DNA from: Chloroflexota bacterium
GTDB lineage: Bacteria > Chloroflexota > Anaerolineae > Anaerolineales > UBA4823
Direction: 5' to 3'
Assembly: GCA_040752025.1 (NCBI GenBank)
Contig: JBFMFR010000027.1
Coordinates: 6,082 to 70,081, forward strand
Length of the DNA: 64,000 nucleotides
The position numbers and the translations under genes were made by a program. Within the stretch, counting starts at the first letter, position 1. Every line of letters starts with the position of its first letter. Shown here piece after piece: positions 50,474 to 61,878 of the stretch. The notes under the pieces were generated by a model. That model worked only from the letters and a program-made list of their open reading frames with translations, did not search any database and was not told the DNA's origin.

Positions 50474-50920
50474 TCACGGGTTGCTTTCCGGCTGCGTCTC
50501 TACCACCTGGTCGAGGCGCAATACGAAAATGTTTTGGTTCTGCCCGTCTTCGTAGACATAGCGGAATTCGTCCACGTTCTTGAAAGCCAGGAAGACGCCC
50601 AGGCCGCCCACCGGACGTGTATCCAGGGGCTGGGTGAGGTCTCCAGGCGATTTCTTGGCAAACGGGTTGAAGGGCGGGGCGGTATCTTTGAGGGTGATGG
50701 TCAACCTTCTCGGGTTGATTTCCACATCCACAACAATGTCACCCTGTAATGCACCGTTATCATAACCATAGCTAACGATGTTGGTGGCAACTTCGTCGAT
50801 GGCTAACTGCAAACGGTAGGTACGTTTTTTGTCCACTCCGGCCTGTTCAGAGACTGTGCGCACGTAAGCACGAATCGCCGCCAGAGAGTCCAGTATTCCA
50901 GGCACTTGGAGAGCATCCAT
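50474..50920 (-). CDS. RsbW-like anti-sigma/Ser kinase (HATPase_c_2)
   Basis: 'LAIDEVATNIVSYGY', 'D...PFNP', 'GGLG'. Confidence 0.9.
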   Translation of the reverse strand: MDALQVPGILDSLAAIRAYVRTVSEQAGVDKKRTYRLQLAIDEVATNIVSYGYDNGALQGDIVVDVEINPRRLTITLKDTAPPFNPFAKKSPGDLTQPLDTRPVGGLGVFLAFKNVDEFRYVYEDGQNQNIFVLRLDQVVETQPESNP

Positions 50921-51076
50921 AAGTCTTCTCGGCATTTCTGGCCGCAGGCCCAGGCGATGAGCCCGGAACAATCCATTCAAGCCACCAGCGACAGGCTAAC
51001 CCAGCGCTGCCAACCACCCTGGGACAGGGCGGCCAGCGTGGGCAGCCCACGACCGGGCCTGCGGCCGAAGAAAGAA

Positions 51077-51409
51077 CTAATTGAGCTGGGCCGGATCGTA
51101 CTCATCCAGCATGATGACACTGTAATGGAAACCGGTCATTTCGATGGTTTCACGCACCGATTCCGAAGCGCCGACCAGGTAGATATCCACATCACCGCTC
51201 ATTTTCTGGCGTGCGAAGACCAGGACGCGCAGACCGGCGCTGGACATATAATCCAGGGCCTTCATATCCAGCACCAGGCGCCTGAGTTTTTGCGCGGACA
51301 ATTTACTGACTTCGTCGCGGAAAGACTCGGCCACCAGGCCATCCAATTCGCCCTCCAGGATGACCTTACCAATGCCGTTATCGAATTCAGAAGAAAGTTT
51401 GAATGCCAT
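51077..51409 (-). CDS. STAS-domain anti-anti-sigma factor
   Basis: 'LDYMSSAGLRVL' phospho-Ser motif. Confidence 0.92.
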   Translation of the reverse strand: MAFKLSSEFDNGIGKVILEGELDGLVAESFRDEVSKLSAQKLRRLVLDMKALDYMSSAGLRVLVFARQKMSGDVDIYLVGASESVRETIEMTGFHYSVIMLDEYDPAQLN

Positions 51410-51503
51410 GTTGTTGTTCCTTTCGTATGCGAAACAGGAAGTTCCGGTGCGGAACAGGAAGTTCCGTTAGATCAGGCGCAGGGGCGCAACGTGCGCGCGC
51501 TGC

Positions 51504-51548
51504 GCGGCTTATTTTCCAACTAAGCGGCTTATTTTCCAACTAAGCGGC

Positions 51549-51563
<15 letters not shown>
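51504..51563. repeat. 3 x 20-bp perfect tandem repeat covering the glgX stop codon
   Basis: gcggcttattttccaactaa at 51504, 51524, 51544. Confidence 0.95.
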
Positions 51564-53654
<2,091 letters not shown>

Positions 53655-53673
53655 GATTATGCTCTTTCGAGTG

Positions 53674-54015
53674 CTAGGCAGACAGATTCAAGGAAGCCAG
53701 GCCGGCTTCCACACTGTCGAAACGGCTGAAGAAATCCAGGAAACCCGTCATCGCCATGGTATCGGCCAGGTCTTCAGACAGGCCGACCAGGACCACTTTG
53801 CCGCCCTTGCCCACGATCGTACGGTACATGAGCAGGAGCATGCGCAAGCCAGCGCTGGACATGTACTCCACCTTGCTCATATCCAAGATGATGCGCACGC
53901 CCGGGGCGGCAAGCGGCAGGATGTGTTCCTGGGCCAGCGGGGTGGTGGCTCCATCCAGGTCGCCGTCGATGACGACGATCTGGGCGCCGTTGTTTTGAGA
54001 AATTCTTACTTCCAT
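53674..54015 (-). CDS. STAS-domain anti-anti-sigma factor
   Basis: 'VEYMSSAGLRMLL'. Confidence 0.92.
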   Translation of the reverse strand: MEVRISQNNGAQIVVIDGDLDGATTPLAQEHILPLAAPGVRIILDMSKVEYMSSAGLRMLLLMYRTIVGKGGKVVLVGLSEDLADTMAMTGFLDFFSRFDSVEAGLASLNLSA

Positions 54016-54072
54016 TGGTCCTCCTCGTATCAAGGGTGCAAATCTTGCGCCCAGGGCGCACACCGTGCGCCC

Positions 54073-55893
54073 CTACTTAATCGGTTCTACGCGCACTTTG
54101 ACATCCAGGCGCTGCTTGCTATCCGGCAGTTTGACGGTGAGCTTAGCGGCGTCGAATTCTTTGTGCGGCTGGCCATCGATCCAAACCTGGGCGATTCGAA
54201 CTCTGCCCAAGGGGAGAATATCCGGCTGGACGCGCAGAACGTTGCGTTTGAAGCCGCCCGGCATGGGCCTGAAGTACAGGTCCAGAGGCTGGCCGGTGAT
54301 CAGCAAGTTGGTATAAATCTGAGCCAGGTAACATAACTCAAAAGAGTGATACCCGCTCATCGAGTGGCTGCCCTTGAGGCGCTCGGTGCCCATCAGGTAG
54401 GGGATGCCGTTGGCCAACACGTTGAAATAGACCGCGCCATCGTCGTGGTCCAGGAAAAAGGCGTTATAGAAGGCGGCCGACTCGCGCCCGATGCGCAGGT
54501 AGTCTTCGTCGCCCAGCACGCCCTTGAGGATCAAATAGGCCAGGATGCCCTGCTCCTGCTGCCACCAGGCTTTGCGATCGTGGAAAGCGAAGCGATTCCA
54601 CTCCTGCCCGGCAGCGCGCATGCGCTCCATCACATCGTACCAGCCGCCGCGCTGCTGGTCGCCGCCGATGGCCGGCATGACCTCGGCGATCTTGCGCGCC
54701 AGGGCTTCGTACTCCGGCTTGGGCTTGAGGCCGTACATGCGCATCAGGTTCCAGGCGATCTTCAGGTTGTGGCCGATGACGCCCCGGTTCTGCTGCCACA
54801 TGTGGGTGCGGTCGGGGCTCCAGTCCTCGTAGAACTTCTCCTGGACGAAGGGGCTTTCCTCGTAGTTGGGGAAGTATTTGGCGATGGTGTCGAAGGTGTA
54901 CTCGAGCATGCGGGCGTAACGGTCTTCGCCGGTAGCCAGGTACAGGTTGATCAGGTAAGCCGGGGCATGGTCGCCGACGGAGTTCCAGTTCTTCTTGCCG
55001 CGGTTGGGACCGAGAGCCTGGCTGCGCGGGTCGAGGGTGATCGGGTCGAGGTGCGAGAAATAACCGCCCTTATCGCGGTCCAGGTAGAAGCGGTCGAACA
55101 GGTCCACGGTCATCTCGGCGTCGCGCAGGATGCGCGGGTCGCCGGTGATGCGGTAGGTCTGGATCGGGCCAGCCAGGGCGTAGATTTGCTCGTAAGCCGG
55201 GATGGCGTCTAAATCGTCGCCGAACTCGGAGGCGAAGACCTTGACCTCGCGCCGGCCGCGCACATCGATGCCGTGGTACCAGTAAACGATGTTCTCATCC
55301 GGATCGTAAAAGCGCATGTGCTCGCGCAGGTATTCGGTGCCCTTCTCGGCGCCTTGCAGGTAGCGCTCGTCGCCGGTGAACATGTAGGCCGAGGCAAAAC
55401 CGTACACCAGGCGCGAGATCGTATCGGTTTCCTGGCGGTAGTTATCGGCCGGTTTTTCGCCGGTCAATTGGATGGAGGTGCGGTAGTTGTCATAGTTGAC
55501 CTGGCCATCCGGGAATTGGGCGCGCAGGTAAAAGTCGCCCAACGAGGCAATCTGCTTGACCCACCAATCCGAGCGCTCGGGGAAGAACTCCTTGGGCTTA
55601 CGCCCAACAAAGATGATAAATTGAGCCTCGAAATTAAAGTCGCCCTGCTCGGGATAGAAAATCCCATACACAAACAGATAGCGCCCAGCGGTGAGCATCT
55701 CGCGCATCGATCCGGTCGAATCCTGGTAGGGATCGCCCAGGTTACGGACCAGTTGGGCATAGGTGTTGCTCTTCATCTGTACGGTGTATTCCCGGCCATC
55801 GCTGGTGCGCAGGCCAAAACGATCGGCTTCGCGGTCGTAGCGCGTAACGTAACCGGCGATGGTATCGGAAAATGTAAACTTGATCTCATTCAT
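54073..55893 (-). CDS. AGE-family (N-acylglucosamine 2-epimerase-like) protein with extra N-terminal domain
   Basis: 'SRLVYG.A', 'NS..DH', 'GHNLKIAW', 'WWQQEQ', 'K.....YH..E'. Confidence 0.85.
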   Translation of the reverse strand: MNEIKFTFSDTIAGYVTRYDREADRFGLRTSDGREYTVQMKSNTYAQLVRNLGDPYQDSTGSMREMLTAGRYLFVYGIFYPEQGDFNFEAQFIIFVGRKPKEFFPERSDWWVKQIASLGDFYLRAQFPDGQVNYDNYRTSIQLTGEKPADNYRQETDTISRLVYGFASAYMFTGDERYLQGAEKGTEYLREHMRFYDPDENIVYWYHGIDVRGRREVKVFASEFGDDLDAIPAYEQIYALAGPIQTYRITGDPRILRDAEMTVDLFDRFYLDRDKGGYFSHLDPITLDPRSQALGPNRGKKNWNSVGDHAPAYLINLYLATGEDRYARMLEYTFDTIAKYFPNYEESPFVQEKFYEDWSPDRTHMWQQNRGVIGHNLKIAWNLMRMYGLKPKPEYEALARKIAEVMPAIGGDQQRGGWYDVMERMRAAGQEWNRFAFHDRKAWWQQEQGILAYLILKGVLGDEDYLRIGRESAAFYNAFFLDHDDGAVYFNVLANGIPYLMGTERLKGSHSMSGYHSFELCYLAQIYTNLLITGQPLDLYFRPMPGGFKRNVLRVQPDILPLGRVRIAQVWIDGQPHKEFDAAKLTVKLPDSKQRLDVKVRVEPIK

Positions 55894-55898
55894 AAAAA

Positions 55899-56336
55899 TT
55901 ACTCCTGGTCCAATTGAGGTGGGTTTTCCTGGTCAACAAAGCCCTGGCTGATTTCAACGATGTTGCCTTCCGGATCGGCTACCCACACAGTGCGCCAGCC
56001 GGGGATAAAAGCATCGAAGTCGAAGGGTCCCAGAGTGACCTCGGCATCCTGGCCCATCTCGGCCAGCTTGGCGTCGACGTCATCGACTTTGAAAGCGATG
56101 TGGCGCCATTCCGGATACCAGGGGCCATCTTTGCCCAGGCGCGGCGATGGGCGAGTTTCCTTGGACTTGAAAAGCTCGAGATAAGCGCCGCCATTCTTCA
56201 GAAAAACGATCTGGTCGTTATCGCCCAGGGGGATCAGGCGCGCCCGCCGGAAGCCGAAATACTTCGTGTAGAAGCGCTCCACCCGGATAGGATCGTCGCA
56301 GGCAATGGCCATGTGATGAAAAACTAAAGAAGTCAT
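55899..56336 (-). CDS. VOC/glyoxalase family protein
   Basis: 'HHMAI', 'LELF', 'HIAFKVDDVD', 'DPEGNIVE'. Confidence 0.9.
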   Translation of the reverse strand: MTSLVFHHMAIACDDPIRVERFYTKYFGFRRARLIPLGDNDQIVFLKNGGAYLELFKSKETRPSPRLGKDGPWYPEWRHIAFKVDDVDAKLAEMGQDAEVTLGPFDFDAFIPGWRTVWVADPEGNIVEISQGFVDQENPPQLDQE

Positions 56337-56359
56337 GATTATTCCTCCAAAATTGAGGC

Positions 56360-56383
56360 GTAGGGGCGCACGGCGTGCGCCCC
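56360..56383. repeat. GTAG-type REP palindrome
   Basis: gtaggggcgcac-ggc-gtgcgcccc; related copy at 54054-54076. Confidence 0.65.
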
Positions 56384-56388
56384 CCACG

Positions 56389-56955
56389 TTATTTCGCCAA
56401 AAGGTCGATGATCTGGCGGGCGAACAGGTGGCAGTGACCCCCGGTACGCCCGGTGACCAGGTCGCCATCTACAACCACATCTTGATCGGTATAAATGGCG
56501 CCCATGTTGACGGCATCGCCGTAAAGGTTGTTGTGCACGACGACTTTGCGACCGCGCACCAGCTCGGGAAGCGGAGAAACCAGCCACATCCCGTGGCAGA
56601 TGATGCCTTTGAGAATGCCGGGCTCGGCGAAAGCGCGCTTCAAGAACTCGGTTGCAGGCGGCAGCTTGCGCACATCGTCGGTATAACGCAAGCGGTCAGA
56701 GATCATGCCGGAGGGGACGATAATGGCTGCATAGCTGCGCAGCTCTGCATCGCTCATGCCCTCGAAGCTCTTATCGCAGTAGAAGGGCGCCTGGTATTCG
56801 TGACCCAAGAAGGTCAAGGAAGGCTGGCCCCATAGACGCGAAAGGAAATGCAGCTCGGCGCCCTCTTCCGGGAAGCGATGTTCGTAGTAAAAGATTTCCT
56901 TCTCGTAGAAATCGCCTTCGATCAGCACGGCGATTTTCTTGCCTTTAAGTCTCAT
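56389..56955 (-). CDS. DJ-1/PfpI family protein
   Basis: 'F...E', nucleophile 'ICHG', 'VVVDGDLVTGR'. Confidence 0.92.
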   Translation of the reverse strand: MRLKGKKIAVLIEGDFYEKEIFYYEHRFPEEGAELHFLSRLWGQPSLTFLGHEYQAPFYCDKSFEGMSDAELRSYAAIIVPSGMISDRLRYTDDVRKLPPATEFLKRAFAEPGILKGIICHGMWLVSPLPELVRGRKVVVHNNLYGDAVNMGAIYTDQDVVVDGDLVTGRTGGHCHLFARQIIDLLAK

Positions 56956-56969
56956 GCCGCATTCCTTAT

Positions 56970-58499
56970 CTAAAAGCCGTAATCTTTCTTGATGAAGTCA
57001 GCCGCCCGCTCGCCGATCATGACGATGGCAGTGTGCGGATTGCCGGTGACCACGGCTGGCATAACGCTGGCGTCGGCTACGCGCAGGCCCTGCACGCCGT
57101 AGACCTTCAACTCGGGGTCAACCACGGCCATCGAATCGATGCCCATCTTGCACGAGCCGACCTGGTGATGGTAGGAGTCGCAGCGAGCGCGTACGAACTC
57201 CATCAACTCATCGTCGGTCTTGTACTGCGGGCCGGGGAGCAGTTCGTCCGCCAGGGTGGAGCCGAAGGCTTTGGCGGCGAAGATCTCACGGCTGATCTTG
57301 ACAGCCTGCACCATTTTGCGGGCGTCCGATTCTTCCGCCAGGTAGTTGGGGTTGACCAACGGCTTCTCCAGGGGATCGGCGCTGCCCAGGCGCAGCCAGC
57401 CGCGCGACAGCGGGCGCTGCAAGCCGGGGATGATGGTGATCGAGTTCGGGTGGCTCTGGCCGATGATGATATCGAAGGGCACATGCACCAGGTTGAACTG
57501 CAAGTCCGGGCCAATCCGGCGCGGGTCCGAGCGAGTGAACAGGGCCGCTTCCGACAGGTTCAGATTGCCCTGAGGCACGGGTTCCCTGGTCTCCATGATC
57601 ACGCCGGTGAGCACGTGGTTGTGGAAATTCTCGCCCACACCCGGCAGATCAACGACCACATCCTTGCCAAACTCTTTGAGATGCCCGGCCTTGCCGATGC
57701 CGGAATTCAACAGGATGTGCGGCGATTCGAGCGCCCCGGCGCTGAGCACAACTTCTTTGCTGGCCCGGGCGGTCTTCAACTGGCCGTCGTGCAGGTATTC
57801 CACGCCGACACAGCGCTGGCCTTCGAACAGCAAGCGCGTCACCTGTGAGTTGGCGCTCAGAGTGACGTTCGGGCGCTCGAGCGCCGGCAGCAGGGCCGAG
57901 ACCGCCATGCTGGCGCGCTTGCCATCCCGCCCGATATTGACGTGGTGCCAGCCAGCGCCTTCCATCTGCGGGCCGTTGAAATCGGCCGTGGGCGGGTAGC
58001 CCAGCTCCAGGCAGGCATCGATGAAGCGCTGCGAATAGGGGTTAGGCTTGTGCTTGCCGGCGTTGATCACGCTCAAAGGCCCGCCCTGCCCCACCAGGTC
58101 GCTGGTGCGGTCTTCCTGGTCTTCCAGCTTCTGGAAGAAGGGCAAAACCTCTTTGAATGACCAGCCGACTGCGCCGTTGTAAGCCCAGTTATCGAAGTCG
58201 GAGGAGTGGCCGCGGATGTGCATCATGATGTAAAGCTGGCTGGTGCCGCCAATCACTTTGCCGCGCGGCTCGTAGGTCTGGCGGCCCTTCAGGCCAGACT
58301 GAGGTACGCTCGAATAACCCCAATCATAGGGGGAACCCAGCAGGGTAAACCAGATCGAAGGGTTCTCCATGTTGGGCGGGATTTCCGTGCCCCCGGCTTC
58401 GATGACCAGGACGCGGGAGTCCGGGTTCTCGCTGAGGCGATAAACCACCATCGAGCCAGCCGAGCCAGCACCGATCACAATAAAGTCGAATTCACTCAT
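56970..58499 (-). CDS. GMC oxidoreductase
   Basis: 'IVIGAGSAG', 'RGKVIGG', 'H..GSCKMG', 'LRVADASVMP....GN'. Confidence 0.95.
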   Translation of the reverse strand: MSEFDFIVIGAGSAGSMVVYRLSENPDSRVLVIEAGGTEIPPNMENPSIWFTLLGSPYDWGYSSVPQSGLKGRQTYEPRGKVIGGTSQLYIMMHIRGHSSDFDNWAYNGAVGWSFKEVLPFFQKLEDQEDRTSDLVGQGGPLSVINAGKHKPNPYSQRFIDACLELGYPPTADFNGPQMEGAGWHHVNIGRDGKRASMAVSALLPALERPNVTLSANSQVTRLLFEGQRCVGVEYLHDGQLKTARASKEVVLSAGALESPHILLNSGIGKAGHLKEFGKDVVVDLPGVGENFHNHVLTGVIMETREPVPQGNLNLSEAALFTRSDPRRIGPDLQFNLVHVPFDIIIGQSHPNSITIIPGLQRPLSRGWLRLGSADPLEKPLVNPNYLAEESDARKMVQAVKISREIFAAKAFGSTLADELLPGPQYKTDDELMEFVRARCDSYHHQVGSCKMGIDSMAVVDPELKVYGVQGLRVADASVMPAVVTGNPHTAIVMIGERAADFIKKDYGF

Positions 58500-58501
58500 C
58501 G

Positions 58502-58891
58502 CTAGCCTCCGGAAATCTGGCGCAGGAAGGGCGCAAAGGGCTTCGAGTCGTGCACGTTGCGCATATAGGCGATCTTGCCATCTTTGAAGCGGAAGAAGTT
58601 CATCACTTCGGCTTCGATCGGCTCATCAGGGTACCTGGCTGCCCGGGCGGAGATGTGCGATACCACCGCGCCGCTGTCACCCTCGACCACCATCTCGCGC
58701 AGCTCGTTGCGGAATTTGGCGTAGGCCTGGCCCATGCCGGCCATCATCGGGCGCAAGGTAGCCAGGGTCTCGATGCGCCCGGCCAACTGCTCGTCCATCA
58801 CCATATCGTCGGCAAACAGGTCGCACCAGGCGTCCCATTTGCCGGCGTTGGCGTATTCATAATACTTGCGAATAATCTCATGATTGTCCAT
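58502..58891 (-). CDS. SnoaL-like/NTF2 family protein
   Basis: 'YY...N...W....DLFADD', 'FRFKDGKI'. Confidence 0.85.
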   Translation of the reverse strand: MDNHEIIRKYYEYANAGKWDAWCDLFADDMVMDEQLAGRIETLATLRPMMAGMGQAYAKFRNELREMVVEGDSGAVVSHISARAARYPDEPIEAEVMNFFRFKDGKIAYMRNVHDSKPFAPFLRQISGG

Positions 58892-58916
58892 TACTAATCT
58901 CCTAAAAAAGGGATGA

Positions 58917-59345
58917 TTACCCAGGCGGCGGTATGACGCCAACCTGCTGCATCAGGCCCAGCATATTGGCTTCGAGCCAACGTTCAACGATCTTTCCGTT
59001 AGCAATGCGAGAAATGTCCATCCCGGTCCACGACAGTTGTTTGCCGGTTGCCGGCACGCCGAAGAGAGGCGCGCCGGTATGGGTTCCACTGACGCCGCCC
59101 TTGATCACAACCAGGTCATCTTCTGCGATGACGAGGACTGGCGGCCCACCGAAATGCAAGTCGGGCAGGGCGGCCTTGAGCATCTGGTAGGTACCCAGGG
59201 CCTGATCGAAACTGAGCGCACCCCAGGCAGGGTTATGCTCCTTGAAGTTCTCCTTATCGATAACCTCACCCAGCGCGTCCAGGTCCCATTCATTGATGAT
59301 ATCGATGTAGCGTAGTGCGATGGTCTTGTTGGCTTCTGTACTCAT
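58917..59345 (-). CDS. SnoaL-like ester cyclase
   Basis: 'GTHTG..FGVPATGK..W.G..I.RI.NGKIVERW...LMQQ.G'. Confidence 0.9.
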   Translation of the reverse strand: MSTEANKTIALRYIDIINEWDLDALGEVIDKENFKEHNPAWGALSFDQALGTYQMLKAALPDLHFGGPPVLVIAEDDLVVIKGGVSGTHTGAPLFGVPATGKQLSWTGMDISRIANGKIVERWLEANMLGLMQQVGVIPPPG

Positions 59346-59390
59346 GATCTGACCTCTTTTCCTTGATAGATTCTCGCTTGCCCTTCAACG

Positions 59391-60293
59391 TTAATTGAGA
59401 TGTTGCTTGAACCAGTCGATAGCTGCCACGACGGACTGGGACATCCACGGGTCCTTGTCATAGACGTCAGAATGGCTGCAATCGAGGCTCACGAACTTCT
59501 TGGGTTCCAGGGAGCGTTGGTAAACTTCACGTACCAGCGCAATTGGAACCAGATCGTGCTCCGGATGCACGAAAAGCACCGCCGTCGGTGATGCCAGACC
59601 GATAGCAAAGTCAGGATTGTATTCGACGAACTTCTCAACGGATTCCATCGTGACGAGATTCTCGTAGTGGGGGGCAACCGTTGCCTTGGCTCTCGTGTAG
59701 AACTCGAGGGCTTCCTCCTGAGGAAACGCACACATCTCCCCAGGCTTGCCCCAGGCCTGCATGGTTGTCGCCGTCGCCCCGGTCTTGAAACGATTGCCGC
59801 GATCCTGCCCAATCTGCGCCAGGAAACCCTGAAGCCCCTCCCGACCAAAGATCATCTCAAAGGTGCGCACATTGTTGACAGCGGATGCGGTGGCGACCAC
59901 CGCCTTCAAACGGCGGTCGAAGGCCGCCAGGTAGTACATGTGACCGCCGCCCAGGGAAATCCCCCAGCCTCCCATGCGGTTGGCGTCCACCTCCGGCTGC
60001 TCGGCCAGCCAGGTAATCGCATTACGGATATCCTGAAGCTGCTCGTAAGGGATGACCTGGTTGCGGGGTTTGCCGCCGCTGCCGCCCCAGAAACGGAAGT
60101 CAAAGACCAGGGTAACAAACCCAGCCGCCGCAAACCTTTCCGCGTAACCCGGCAAGGTAATCTCTTTGACAGAGGTCATCGCGCCAGCCATAACGATGGC
60201 CGGCGCCTTGGCCCCGGCCTTCAAGCCATCCGGTACATACAACCAGCCAACACAGTTTTCCCCTTGACTACCAAAGACAATGTCGCGTCGCAT
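59391..60293 (-). CDS. Alpha/beta hydrolase
   Basis: 'FDFR.WG.S.G.PR', nucleophile 'GISLGG'. Confidence 0.9.
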   Translation of the reverse strand: MRRDIVFGSQGENCVGWLYVPDGLKAGAKAPAIVMAGAMTSVKEITLPGYAERFAAAGFVTLVFDFRFWGGSGGKPRNQVIPYEQLQDIRNAITWLAEQPEVDANRMGGWGISLGGGHMYYLAAFDRRLKAVVATASAVNNVRTFEMIFGREGLQGFLAQIGQDRGNRFKTGATATTMQAWGKPGEMCAFPQEEALEFYTRAKATVAPHYENLVTMESVEKFVEYNPDFAIGLASPTAVLFVHPEHDLVPIALVREVYQRSLEPKKFVSLDCSHSDVYDKDPWMSQSVVAAIDWFKQHLN

Positions 60294-60373
60294 CAATTTT
60301 CTCCTCGTTTACATTACAGCCATCTGGCGCATCATGGTCGCTGCGCCGGGCATCAGAGAGCGCTCGACTGCTA

Positions 60374-61369
60374 TCAAGCGCCAGCGCTCGAACCGCCAAC
60401 GCCAAGCTGCTGCATCAGACCCAGCAGATCCACGTTGTACCAGCTTTCTACCACCTGCCCCCCGGCGAAGCGCAAAATGCCGATCTCGCCCCAGGAAACT
60501 TTCTTGCCGGTGGGCGGGATGCCCATCAGCTCGCCCGTCTGCGTGCCGCTCTGCTTGAAGCGCGCCAGCACCTGGTTGCCGTCCGCCAGCAAGTCGATGA
60601 TCTCAATGTGATAATCGGGCATGGCATTGCGGAACATGGAGGCGATCACCTTGACGCCCTCGCCGCCGGTTGGCAACTGCGGCGCGCTGGGACTGGTGGC
60701 CTGTGGGTGGAAGATTTCATCGGCCACTTCCAGCTTGCCCTGGTTCCACACCTCTTCGATAAAGCGCTGGAAAATCGCCTTGTTTTCTGCAGGTGAGGTG
60801 TAGCGCCCACCCGTGACGTGCGGAGGAACAGGGTCGGGGAGCTTGCCATTCGAGCCGGGCGGCGTGGGAACGACGCCCATCTGCTGCATCACGCTCAGAC
60901 CGTCCCATTCCTGCCAGCGAGCGTCCATCAGTCCCTGGTTGTTGAAGCGGAAAATCGCCGTCCCGGTCCAGGTGATGCGCTTGCCGGTAGGAGGAGCGAA
61001 ACCCATGAAGTTGCCCTTGTGCGTACCGCTCAAAGTGCCATACACGCCGCACAGGTTGCCTTCGGCGATCAGGTTATCGACCCGGAAGGTCAGGTTGGGC
61101 ATCGAGCCGGTGAACTGGATGTACAACTGGCGGAAGGCCTCCGCCCCATTCAAGTCCTGAAAACCGGCCCCGCCATAGCTGACAAAGTCCGGGGCGAACA
61201 TTTCGTCGAAGACGGCGAAATTTTGGCGGTTCGACTCGTCGTAAAGGCGCACCATGGCATCCTTCATCTCGTTGATGCTCAACGGGTGACCTGGCGACGA
61301 ACGCACGGCGGGCTTCAACTGCCCCTGCCAAATGCCTTCTGCATACGAAGCTTTCTTATCCGCGCACAT
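60374..61369 (-). CDS. Tandem (2x) SnoaL-like ester cyclase
   Basis: Two 'GT..G..MG..PTGK...W' domains. Confidence 0.9.
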   Translation of the reverse strand: MCADKKASYAEGIWQGQLKPAVRSSPGHPLSINEMKDAMVRLYDESNRQNFAVFDEMFAPDFVSYGGAGFQDLNGAEAFRQLYIQFTGSMPNLTFRVDNLIAEGNLCGVYGTLSGTHKGNFMGFAPPTGKRITWTGTAIFRFNNQGLMDARWQEWDGLSVMQQMGVVPTPPGSNGKLPDPVPPHVTGGRYTSPAENKAIFQRFIEEVWNQGKLEVADEIFHPQATSPSAPQLPTGGEGVKVIASMFRNAMPDYHIEIIDLLADGNQVLARFKQSGTQTGELMGIPPTGKKVSWGEIGILRFAGGQVVESWYNVDLLGLMQQLGVGGSSAGA

Positions 61370-61393
61370 GGGTGTCCTCCTGGTCCCTAAGAA

Positions 61394-61807
61394 CTACGCA
61401 TTGCCATTGAGCTGGTTGATCATGCTGAGCATATCGACCTCGTACCAGCTCTCGACGATCTTGCCATTCTGGATGCGCAGCACACCGATTTCGGTCCAGG
61501 TGGCCTTGCGCCCGCTGGGCTGCATGCCCATCAGGGGCGCACCGGAGTGCGTGCCGCTCTGCGTGAAGCGCCCGACAACCTTTTCCTCATCGGATAAGAG
61601 CATGTCGATATCCATGTGATAATCGGGCATAGCCTCGCGAAACATACGCGCCAGCATCTTGACGGATTCGGGCCCGGGGGGCAAATCCGGCGCGCTCGGG
61701 CTGGTGTGCTCGGGGGCGAACAGCTCGTCCGCCGTCTCCATCTTGCCCTGGTTCCAAACCTCTTCGATCATGCGCTGCATGATCACTTTGTTGTGTTCGA
61801 TTGACAT
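61394..61807 (-). CDS. SnoaL-like ester cyclase
   Basis: Close paralogue of domain 2 of the 60374 gene ('EEVWNQGK.E.ADE.F.P..TSPSAP'). Confidence 0.9.
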   Translation of the reverse strand: MSIEHNKVIMQRMIEEVWNQGKMETADELFAPEHTSPSAPDLPPGPESVKMLARMFREAMPDYHMDIDMLLSDEEKVVGRFTQSGTHSGAPLMGMQPSGRKATWTEIGVLRIQNGKIVESWYEVDMLSMINQLNGNA

Positions 61808-61820
61808 TCCTGACTCTCCT

Positions 61821-61871
61821 GTAGGGCGGGTTGATGCCCGCCGGAAGGGCGGGTCTGAGACCCGCCCCTAC
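61821..61871. repeat. GTAG-type REP doublet
   Basis: gtagggcggg..cccgcc and gggcgggtctgagacccgcccctac. Confidence 0.7.
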
Positions 61872-61878
61872 ATAATTG